64,000 bases of DNA, taken from contig NC_092672.1 in assembly GCF_964355755.1 (NCBI RefSeq), positions 13,020,001-13,084,000 of the forward strand, read 5' to 3'. Shown in pieces: positions 37,301 to 46,758 of the stretch; the first letter of the stretch is position 1; every line of letters begins with the position of its first letter. The notes beneath the pieces are model-generated. The model was not told the DNA's origin and did not search any database. It saw only the letters and a list, made by a program, of their open reading frames with translations. The stretch is from Antedon mediterranea. Its lineage: Eukaryota; Animalia; Echinodermata. The translations under genes were made by a program, and so were the position numbers.

Positions 37301-39884
37301 AAAGCCCCACTTGATCCTGGTCTCGATTGTCAAATTCTGGTTTCTGTGGAGCAATTTATAGGTGCAATGCGATATGTTCTTTCATCTCTAACCAGGATTC
37401 TAATGAACTGCGGTTAGCACCAGTTGTTTAACTCCGGCAACTCCTATCCCAGGCACCTCCTATCCCAGGCACCTCCTATCCCAGTTAAAGCTATAGAAAC
37501 AGGCAGGTGTGAACGACAACTAATAAATTGAGTGAGTGTGGCCGAGCGGTTAAGACAGTGGAACCAAAATCCATAGCCATAACGTTGGCAAGGGTTTGAG
37601 GCTCACTCGCTCCATGGTTCTGGTGGTAGAACAAGTCTTCTCGGATGGACTAAGTATAAACCGTAGGTCCAGTGTACATCTGGCTCATGTGCACTTTAAA
37701 GAACCTAGTACATCTTTCGAGACGAGTATGAGGTTACCCTGGTGTACTAGTTTATTCATTCATACACACACACTGTCTTGGACAGACGTATTGGCGCCAT
37801 AGTTGGCTGCCGATGTCACAATGAGATCCTTAGTGGAGCAGTAGCCTTCAACTATGAAGTTTGGTCCTTAAAATAGAAGAAAGAAAAACAAAAATTAATG
37901 GTTCTTAAGCCATTCTTTAGAACAGAAAGTGAATTGATTGATTATTAAATAATATTATTTATTTATAAATAATTTATTATTTAATAAACCAATCGATCTA
38001 TCAGTATCGATAAATTTTATCGATACTGATAGATCGATTGGTTTATCGATCAATTGAATAATATCGATACTTATAGATCGATTATTAATTCGATCAATAC
38101 AAAAAATGAAAGCGAGTTCCACAACTTTGATGTAATAATTTAACATTTTGTAATATAAAAATATAATTTCATTATTTCTCTATAGAGGGCTTTCAGCAAT
38201 GGATGTGGAGAGGTCTACAGTTTCTTCTTCCGTTTTTGTACTTGACTTATGTATGTATTTAGGTTTAGTTTTTTTTTATGAAATAATAAATCAATACTAA
38301 ATTTATATATTTTATATTTTTAATCAGTTACTTGGTAAAAATGTTTTTTTTTTAATTATCAAAACAGATGCCAATTTGAACAAGTGTTTATCAGATTTAT
38401 CTTTTAACTTTCTAGTGGGATATTTTGAATTTGTGTATTCATTTCTTGGTTAATTTTTATTTATTTATTTTATTTATTTTGTGCATAGTTTTAAAAAAGA
38501 AAGGATTGTTTTGACTTTGCTACAGGCAGAGACTACCATTTATTCTACATTTCCTTAACGAATGTCTTTATTTTTGTATTTGTACAGATGTTTCAGTTGT
38601 ACCTTTCTTACAAATTGTATGGGCTTTCTAAGCACCCACAGTGTGATGAGTGGATGGTAAGCTATTGAGTATACAATTTAAACACATAACACTAAAAGGG
38701 TTCTTGTACTCTGAAGCCTCAATGGCACTGGACTTAAATAAGGTCAAATTAACCGAGACACTAGCTAACTTCACCAAGAAAATTCCACTTCTAGTACTGG
38801 CTACAATTCCCTTAGGAATGCGATGGTTACATGTTGGTAAAACCATTGTAAAACAAATTGCGTGAAATTACCCATGTGCAAATAACAAATTTACAGATGG
38901 CCTTGAGTAAAATTTAAATGTAACATTTTAAGTCCAGTGCGAACAAGTCTTCAGTTGAGAGATGTCAATGTTTATGAGAGACTGAACTGTATTTCTTGTA
39001 TCAAAAGAAACCTACACTTAGTACACTTTAAAAAGACACATTAAGTCGAGTATGTGTTACCTTGTGTGCTTGTTTAAATGATGGCATCTGTTTAATAACT
39101 TGAGACCATGAATTTATCTGGGCCTCAGTGGTTAAATAAGGTTGAATGAGAAAAATGTAATCGCAAATTTAGATAATAGGGAGGTTTCGCAACCATACGA
39201 TAACGAAAACGGATACGTCACACATTTGTAAAACTTTTGAGCTGATCCCCATTTCATATTCGTAAGGCGTATTCGTGTTGACGAATATCACCAGTCATAT
39301 TCGTAACTACAAAACGAGTATAGTTTTTGATCTATTTTGCATTTGAATTAGGAATGATTCATGATTATAATTATAATTATAGATTTATTGAAAGTAATTT
39401 ACTAAAGTAATTTACTAAAATGCCAGGTCAATTTAGATAAATAGCAGTTTTTAAAGTCCTCATTCGCTTTGATGTTACGCTAGGCCTAGGCAGCTGTCCA
39501 AGCACCAAGCAACACGTATCTGCGCTTCGCTCAAATTTACCGCAGTCATATTTTAGACGCGCCTCGTTATTTTGTTGCCATGCGAAACAGATTTTTTTAT
39601 GGCTTACAAAACGAATACGTGTGCGTGACGTATCCGTTTTCGTTATCGTATTCGTAAGATTGCGAAACCTAATGTACAGTATCTTAAATTGTAAAGTGCA
39701 ATAATCATTGTGCAGAAGTTTCTATAATAATTATTTGTTTTGTGTTTTTTTATTCTAGGTTGGTGCAGCTGGAGCAATATTTTTTCTACTTTTCATTGGT
39801 AATTTCACCACAACATCTCGTGTTGTTTTTGAAAAGAGTCGAAAAGTGTTTGCATCCAGACGGCAAGCTAACCATAAAGATTAA
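28303..39884 (+). CDS. TMEM120: Transmembrane protein 120 (TMEM120A/B, TACAN-like), about 339 aa. Exons: 28303-28374, 30225-30343, 31227-31328, 31638-31697, 32588-32683, 35476-35565, 35910-36037, 37086-37178, 38186-38250, 38588-38656, 39759-39884
   Basis: Motifs [97 protein letters not shown]; 11 GT-AG exons total 1020 nt in frame. Confidence 0.95.
28772..29107 (-). mobile_element. HINE family 2, copy a (TMEM120 intron 1)
   Basis: On minus strand: TT|ACTCGGGGTACCTGAGT 5' subTIR/IR, (CTT)n tract, 3' subTIR GTACCCAGAGT, hairpin GCAC-ATTC-GTGC, TTGTT; direct repeat of 29606-29953. Confidence 0.75.
29179..29252 (-). pseudogene. tRNA-Val(AAC)-derived pseudogene
   Basis: GGTTTCG/CGAAACC acceptor stem, TCTGC-TTAACAC-GCAGA anticodon arm, GGTTCGAAC B box, T5 run downstream; D arm has an insertion and the T stem is mispaired. 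Confidence 0.75.
29466..29531 (-). pseudogene. Second, more degenerate tRNA-Val(AAC)-derived sequence
   Basis: TGGCGTAGTGGTTATCACGTTTGCTTAACACGTAGAAGGTACCTGGTTCGAGCCCGGGCA; acceptor 3' arm missing. Confidence 0.65.
29606..29953 (-). mobile_element. HINE family 2, copy b
   Basis: Diverged direct repeat of 28772-29107 with the same terminal structures. Confidence 0.75.
31022..31149 (-). mobile_element. Fragment of tRNA/Deu-type SINE (central domain)
   Basis: Matches 11750-11875 nearly base for base. Confidence 0.75.
32450..32565 (+). repeat. Degenerate tandem repeat (TTGTTTTCATTGTTCCATTA-like)
   Basis: Repeated TTTTCATTG(T/C)(T/C)C units just upstream of TMEM120 exon 5. Confidence 0.7.
34079..34442. 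mobile_element. Old Tc1/pogo-type MITE (TIR CCGTATTTATTCGAATAAA-like)
   Basis: TA|CCATATATATTCGAATAAATGC ... GCATTTATTCGAATAAATACGG; related copy at 56227-56611. Confidence 0.6.
36190..36350 (+). repeat. Short tandem repeat of CACATTTGTGCAAAC-containing units
   Basis: ACATTTGTGCAAACA occurs three times, with CAAATGT(A/G)CAAA spacers. Confidence 0.65.
36560..37039. mobile_element. Left-truncated copy of the Kolobok-like TTAA element
   Basis: Colinear similarity to 23940-24255, ends AGGGACAATACATCT|TTAA. Confidence 0.7.
37441..37483 (+). repeat. 16-bp tandem repeat, about 2.7 units (CTCCTATCCCAGGCAC)
   Basis: Directly visible. Confidence 0.8.
37530..37812 (+). mobile_element. tRNA-headed Deu-type SINE
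   Basis: A box TGGCCGAGCGG, degenerate B box GGTTTGAGGC, same central domain as 11690-11965, downstream GCGCCATAGTTGGCTGCCG. Confidence 0.8.
37984..38046. repeat. Perfect inverted repeat, 31-bp arms, 1-nt spacer
   Basis: ATAAACCAATCGATCTATCAGTATCGATAAA-T-TTTATCGATACTGATAGATCGATTGGTTTAT, within an ATCGAT-rich tract extending to about 38100. Confidence 0.9.
39178..39670. mobile_element. MITE with long TIRs and AAT flanks (TMEM120 intron 10)
   Basis: AAT|AGGGAGGTTTCGCAA..TACGATAACGAAAACGGATACGTCAC ... GTGACGTATCCGTTTTCGTTATCGTA..TTGCGAAACCT|AAT. Confidence 0.75.
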
Positions 39885-40920
39885 TATGTTATTTCGTGCA
39901 CTTCAGCATTTTTGTTCAAATTTAGGGGTTTTTTAAAATTACGTTTAAAAAGTACTGTGGATTATTTTATTAAGTAAATTATATTTATCGTTTATTAAGT
40001 AATTATTAAAATGTTGCCAATGACATTACTAGTAAATATTAATATACATATAAACAGGTTTTCAGTTTATTCTGTACATTTGAAGAATTTCTTTTCTTAT
40101 TGAAATAATTAACTTTTTTAATATTTAGAAAACATGAATAAAAATGCAATATCTAAGTATTGAAGACGGTATTAATTATTAAACACATTAAAGCATTGAT
40201 CAAATTACATAAAATAATCCGTGGAGTCATGGAATGTTGAATGTAAAAAGGTTTATTTCCTGTCGAGTCGAGACAGGTTCTCTAGGATGCATTAAAACTG
40301 TTACTTATCAATTATTTGATGCAGAATAACAATGTATTTTCTTCAACATCAACAAGTATTGACTGTTAGTGTAAACTTCAATAGGCCATTTTATAGTAGT
40401 AAAATTGTTCACTTTTGCTAAAACAAAATTAACAAAAATATTGATTTCATTTATAAAAATACAAAATAAATTATAGAAAATAGGTTTCAGATTGACTTTT
40501 TTTTATTTATATCTTAGGTAAATAGTTTTGATTTGATATTCAGCATGTTTTAAACACTTTTGTTCAGTGGGAAAGTATATCTTTAATATAAGGAATTTAA
40601 TTTAATTTGATTTTAGTTGTGTAAATGAATTAATATAAGTATAGCATAAAATAATATATTAATATACACTTTACTAGCTGTACTATTAGATAGGAGAAAA
40701 GAATTTAAAATTTTAAAAGAATTTAATTAAATATTTTTCTAATAAAGAACAGTGAAAACTTAGCGCAATTAAATTACAATCATTGTGGAAAATGTGTTTA
40801 TTTTATTTGTCCTGGTCAATGTACTATACATGTCTTTTTGTACTCAACCTCAAAACAAAGACAAAAGAAGATCATGTAAATCCTCTTTACCATATGATGC
40901 CATGTCACAACATGATAAAA

Positions 40921-41061
40921 AGTATTTGGTTCCCACTCTGGACGCAAGCCAAAGACACAAAATGACTTGATGGATCATCGTACTGTCGCTTGTGATTGGT
41001 CAACTCACTTGCGCTGCTCTTATGTGTCTCTGCGTTTCGTTTTCGTCGTGGGCACCAAGCT
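40921..41061. mobile_element. Diverged copy of the AGCTTGGTTCCCAC MITE
   Basis: TTGGTTCCCACT ... TCGCTTGTGATTGGTCAA ... GTGGGCACCAAGCT. Confidence 0.65.
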
Positions 41062-41685
41062 TAGCCATATACAGCAGTACCTATACATTGGAAATTTCTA
41101 ATATCGCCATCATTGTAACCCACAATTATACATATGAGCCAATGAGGATGGTGATCATGAATGTGGTAATGCAGTGAATGAAAAGCAAAATCAGACCATC
41201 ATCTCAATAATTCCTATCTACTATGCAGACCATTTATTACCAGATGCAGCGTGGCAGATCAAGTCGAAGAAGTTGAACAAACTAAAGCAGCAACACCAGG
41301 GACGAAAATTCACTGCTGCTATAAGTATAATTTCTGGTGGATCCAGGCTTAAAGCCCCTTGGGGTTTAAATGGTATTCTCCAGGCATAATGCAACTATTT
41401 TTAAATTAATTTCCAACCATTTGTATCTACTATATTTTTGTATGTGTTTGCATTATGTGAATAAATTTGAACTTGAACTTGAAAGTAAATAGTTATAATG
41501 TATTATAGAGAACGCGCACTACCCACACTGCACAACAAATGTTTGACGTCATCTTACGCGCATGGTTTCTACGCAACCAGAAACAAACTAAAAAGTACAC
41601 TGTATAAGTTTTACTTACAACTAAGCATTGCTCTATCGTATTGCATTATTTTCCTATTTTAAACATTTGATATTTATTCGACATA

Positions 41686-43041
41686 ATGTCTAATCACCAA
41701 GGTAAGCTTTTAAAGAAGTTGTATATAATTACTTTAAATGTATATAAAATATATTTTTAATAGAATTAATACAGGATCTGAATGAAAAGTGGAAGATGTC
41801 TATTCACAAGCTATGTCATCTTACGCGCATATCTAGAAAACGATAATCAAACAAAGTTTAGTTAAAATTACTATAGCTCTTTCTTTAGACATATTTCCTT
41901 ATGAACGTGAATACTTAAATTAATATAATAATTTTATTCATGGATGTTATTTATACACCTCATAATGTGATTGAAAATTGTCGTGGATTAGTATAGGCCT
42001 ACATAATAATATTCTATTAATAACCAAACATATTATTCATCAGAGACCCGAATGTGGAATAATTTGGACGGTACACGTCCGTCTACGTCCAGAGAATGGA
42101 TCTTTGTATCATCTCCCATTGATGATTCACCTGTAGCTGCAGATGAACACGGTGAGGATCCTTCTAACGATGCGGCTGATCCATCTATTGATACTGACAA
42201 CCCGGTAAATCCTGCTGTCGTAGTCGATCAAGCCAATGCCAATGGTGAGGATGATGTGGATTGTGCTAATGACGCAGTGGATGATCAGCAAGAACAGCCT
42301 ATTGCCTCAAATCCTAGCAATGATGCAGCAGATCAAGTCGTCGAAGTTGAAAACACAGCAGTCGAATCCACTGCCACCGATGACTTGACATCAGTGGAGG
42401 CATCTAACCGATTGCATGTTACAACCTCCAAGCTGACTCCTACACAGTCCGACACTACATTATTACCTGACAACATGAAATCATTAGAAGCTGTTCAAAC
42501 ACCATCCATTAAACGAATTTTGAGTGCTCCAAGCATTTTGATGACGACATAATCAGCTGACACAAGCAGTAGCAATACGATGCTTAGCATTATTAACATT
42601 ACAGATACTAGCTCTACTAGCAATGGTAGAGATACCAATGATAAGCTAGAAGAAGGAGGCCATGCCGCTGCAGGTAAGTTACCAGATTTGTTTTCCTGAT
42701 TTTAGAAATTATTAATAACACTAATTTATATGCCTAATACTTTCTTTTAATTGTTAATAAAACATGAATCTTTCAATATATTTGTGCTACAATCCTCAAG
42801 GTATACCAATCTTTTTTTAGATGTACTGAAGAAAACCGAATTGAATCGGGCTAATCATATCGTCATATTTTCAAACAAAGTTGGGCAAGAGCAGGAAACA
42901 AATAATTCTGAAATATCTTCAACACGAAGTACCGACAACAACCAACTAAGAAGCCGGAATACATTTGCACGTACAATTTGGAAACAAGTAAAGAAGTTAC
43001 TGAGCTGTTGTTGTTGTGGCTGTGTACAAAATGATGAGTAG
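41686..43041 (+). pseudogene. Orphan 3-exon gene for an acidic, Ser/Thr/Asp-rich protein with C-terminal CCCCGC; one in-frame TAA at 42550-42552. Exons: 41686-41701, 42044-42673, 42821-43041
   Basis: ATG-MSNHQ exon with G|GTAAG donor joins in phase to ORF 42052-42552; the frame stays open for 40 codons after the TAA to a CAG|GTAAG donor that joins in phase to ORF 42751-43041 via a TTTTTTTAG acceptor; AATAAA near 43380. Could instead be a functional truncated gene or a sequencing error. Confidence 0.6.
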
Positions 43042-43564
43042 ACTTTTAACATTGCTGAAAATGGGTTAGGGTTGTTATTAGAAAATGAATGAATATTATT
43101 GAATGATAGCAGTCCACATTGACATGTACCGGTGTTACATGAGTCAGTGTTACAGCAAACAAACTCCTGGCGAGAAGAAGTGGAAATTGAAAATAGATTG
43201 ATCTGCTTACCCACCGTGGCTCAAGAAAGTGCTGAAAGAAATTCATTGCCATGGAGAGTGATTGTGATGAATGAAGTCATTTTATCTGTATACAGTAGAT
43301 GAAGTGTTGCAGCTTATTTTGTATTACATTTCACTTAAGGATTTACAAATATTATATATGCATTCATAAGTTTTGAGAAAATAAATGACAAATATCTATT
43401 TTAGAAAAAAAAAATTGTAATCTGAGTTTTATTCCTGTATGCATTATATCAATGGGAAAAACAACGTTATGATTCAGGTAATAAACTAAACCACTTATAA
43501 TTACCCTTTATAGTATAGATATAAAGCTAGGTTCCCACTCAACCAAGGCAGGACACTAAAACGT

Positions 43565-43942
43565 AGTTACTGAGCTGTTGTTGTGGCTGTGTACAAAATG
43601 ATGAATTGACTTTTGACAGAATGAATATAAATATTTTATAATGATAGTAAATGACATGTACCGGTACATCATTGTTACAGCGAACAAACTGCTGGCGAGA
43701 AGATATTGGAAATAATATTGACCTGCTTACTCACCGACCGACCGGTGGCTCAAGAAAATGCTGACAGGAATTCATTGCCAGATAGATTGATTGTGAAGAA
43801 TAATAAAGTCATTTTATCTGTATACAACAGAATGCAGCTTATAATGCATCACATTTGAGTTTTCACTTAAGGATTTACAAATATTATATATGCATTAATA
43901 AGTTTTGTTAAAATAAATAGCAAATATCTACTTTAGAAAAAA
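43565..43942 (+). repeat. Diverged local duplication of the orphan gene's last codons and 3' UTR (source 42995-43410)
   Basis: AGTTACTGAGCTGTTGTTGTGGCTGTGTACAAAATGATGA ... CTGGCGAGAAGA ... TTCACTTAAGGATTTACAAATATTATATATGCATT ... AATAAA..CAAATATCTA.TTTAGAAAAAA shared with source. Confidence 0.9.
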
Positions 43943-44946
43943 AGTTTAATCAGAGCTTTAATACGGTAAATCAACTGGTATAATAAACATTGATAATAAC
44001 AATATAGTATATAATTTAATTTCAAATAAGTTACTAGATCGATGACCCTCCATTTAAGATAGTATATCAATAATAATATATAACAATATTTTATAGGATA
44101 ACACTGTGTGGTCATTATTTTGTATTAAAACAAAACATTTTCCCCAGTGTATTGTGTTGGTTGAGAGTTGATGACACCATTTGCCGTCCTAGATTTCGTT
44201 GGTTCACATGTATAAAACACACAAATGCGGACAGTGTCATTTTGGAAAAGCTATCATCGAAATGGAAAATCAACCCTCATCTTCAAGCTCTGGATTTGTG
44301 AATATTTTACATATATGTTTGAATATGGGACAATGAGTAACTTTGTTTACAGGTGCACCACATGGTTGTTTGTCTTCTTTAAACCTTTTCATAATATGAC
44401 AATTTGATTATAATCACTCATTAAGCTTGCTTTCCACAATAAATTTGTTCAGCCGATTCAATCATTTCTGTAGTCTGTATAGATGGGTTGCGCATCTTTT
44501 TTTGTTCGTAAAGTAGATGGTTGATGAACACGCATGAGTCGTAAAAGTTATTGGTAGAATAAAATCAACATTATTCTTTATCGATTGCCTATGACTCTTC
44601 TTGCCTAATTTAACCGGAAGGAATTAGATAGGATAATCATTGTGTGCAGTGCGTGCGGTGGTTTGTGAACGAACTGAAAAATGGCGGCAGGCGGAATGTC
44701 TTTACTATCCGACGATCCTTTAAGTTATGCTGATGCCTTTAAAATGTATCAAAAGCAATTATTTTATTGTACTGAAATTATAACGAATTTATAACACCAG
44801 CAATTGGTAGCATCAGAAATAACCAGGAACCGTTACGTATTCTTAGTGTTGGAGCCGGCACAGGTGAGATAATTTAATTTTCTGTAAATATGAAATGTAC
44901 ATTCATTCGTTCATTACATTCACCAAATACCCCTTATTTCCTAGTT

Positions 44947-45551
44947 ACCTCCGCCAAGGAGGTTATGTTTTCACCCCTGTATGTTTGTGTGTGTGTGTGT
45001 TTGTGTGTTTGTGTGTTTGTGTGTGTGTCTGTGAACAGCCTGGAGGCCACAGTTTTTATCCGATTCTAACCAAATTTGGACACAATGATCTATGCCCAAA
45101 AAGCTCGGACGAGTTCGAATTTGAGGGGGAAAGGTCATAGGTCAAGATCACAACTAACAAAAAACTATTTTACTGTCTAGAGACCACAGTTTTGATCTGA
45201 TTCTCACCAAACTTAGCCACAATGATCAATGACACATCATATAATTGTGGTTACATTTTGAAGGGTCAGGGTCTAAGATCAAGGTCCACCAAAAAAAAAT
45301 AAAATAAAAAATAAAAAAATAATTAAAAAAAAAAAAATCCCTCAGTGGGGCTTGAACCAGCAACCTCAACTGTGAGAGGCTGGATACATAACCATTACAC
45401 CACACTGTCATCCACAACTTTGTAGTGTGCAGTTAACATATTTACACTTAGAACTAATAAAAAAAAATGTTAAAAAAAAATATTCAGGGGGCACTTTATG
45501 TAGAGGAATTTTACAGTAGGCGGAGGTTTGTACTCTCGGAGTACCCTCTAG
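44947..45551 (+). mobile_element. HINE family 3 (HNMT-like intron 1), containing an antisense tRNA-like segment at about 45338-45407
   Basis: TT|ACCTCCGCCAAGGAGGT 5' subTIR/IR, (GT)n microsatellite, AGGTCA repeats, 3' subTIR GGCGGAGGT, hairpin GTACTC-TCG-GAGTAC, CTAG|TT. Confidence 0.85.
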
Positions 45552-46015
45552 TTTACAAATGTGTTTGTGCTGGATCTAATTACGTATATTGACGAAACTA
45601 GTGACCAGTGACACTAGTCCGTAAACATTTATTCTGTGACAAGGCCTCAAACAACAAAGTTTGAAGAATTCAGCAGTAGTTGAAAGTAGTTCAACAGAAA
45701 CGCAACAAATCACCATAACAATAATACTAGAATATCCATTTTATTGTTTGGGGATATTAATTACTTAAGTCTCTATTAGTTGCTTCAATACTACTGTAAC
45801 TGTAGTCCATGAACAAATGAATAAATGTGTGACTTTGTCCATGTGTTATCATTTTAACTTAGTTCGTATAGGTATTGACTCAGTCAATACATGATACGGT
45901 ACGTTGTCCTACTTTTTATTTCACTACACATTAATAATTACGGGGCACATTGTAATACTTGTTAATTCAAATTGCGACAGGTTATTCCAAAGTAGTGCGT
46001 CAACTTTATTACTAA

Positions 46016-46758
46016 AGCTATGTCTACATCATCAACATTTATCAAAAAAGTATCAAATAAAATTTGATGAAACAATATCGTCAAAATACATCAATAATTT
46101 GATGCACTTTGATGAAACGTAATTAACAAATCTGATTGGTTGGTATGACTTTTAGTGTTTTTTTATTGGTCAAAAGGTGTTTCATAATTTTAAACGTCTA
46201 TGCACTATCAAATTTTTGTAATCAAAGTTAATCAAATAGTAGAAAGATGGAGCAGGAGAAGGTGGCTGCTGTGTGTCTTATTACTAGTATTATGTTAAAA
46301 AGAAAGAGAGAGAATGAAGAAAAGAAAAGAGGATGTGGATTAAACCTTGGCTTGCGAGAAGAAATGAATTGGGAGCATGCGAGACACTAATGAGAGAGTT
46401 AAGAACGGAAGACAGAAAAGGGTTTGAGAATTATATACGAATGGATCACATACTATTTGATCACTTATTGAAACTTGTGGGGCCTACTATTAGTAGTAGG
46501 AAGGACACAGTCTTTCCGGAAGCAATCCCAGCACACCATCGTTTAAGTGTAAATTTGAGGTTCCTGGCAAGTATTAATTTTATTATAAAATAGTAATAAT
46601 GGCCAATCCTTTACTTCAGTTTAATCTGTTACCTGGCGTAGTTGCTTCATTGTATAACTTTTAGTACTTTACATTAATATTTTATTTCAGGAGAATCTTA
46701 CACAAGCTTGGCCTATCAACATCGCATTTCTAAGCAGTCTTTCAGCAAGTTGATACCT
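46016..46758 (+). mobile_element. PIF/Harbinger transposon relic: left TIR plus 5' part of transposase (frameshifted, intron-containing, truncated)
   Basis: TAA|AGCTATGTCTACA end; translation WIKPWLARRNELGACETLMREL...FENYIRMD..LFDHLLKLVGP.I.RKDT.F.EAIP..RLSVNLRFLA / GESYTSLAYQHRISKQS.SKLIP is the typical HARBI1-type transposase N-terminus. Confidence 0.85.

Noticed and set aside
41100-41482. Possible LINE 3' tail ending AATAAAT(TTGAAC)n
   Set aside because: Only the tail pattern supports it; no reverse-transcriptase motif recognised.
42550-42552. Selenocysteine recoding of the orphan gene's internal stop
   Set aside because: The codon is TAA, not TGA, and no convincing SECIS was seen.
42855-43214. 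119-aa Cys-rich minus-strand ORF
   Set aside because: Antisense shadow of the orphan gene's last exon and UTR; no independent splice or domain support.
45872-45890. Palindrome GTATTGACT-C-AGTCAATAC as another micro-insertion
   Set aside because: No flanking direct repeat, so it does not meet the criterion used for 17375 and 20676.
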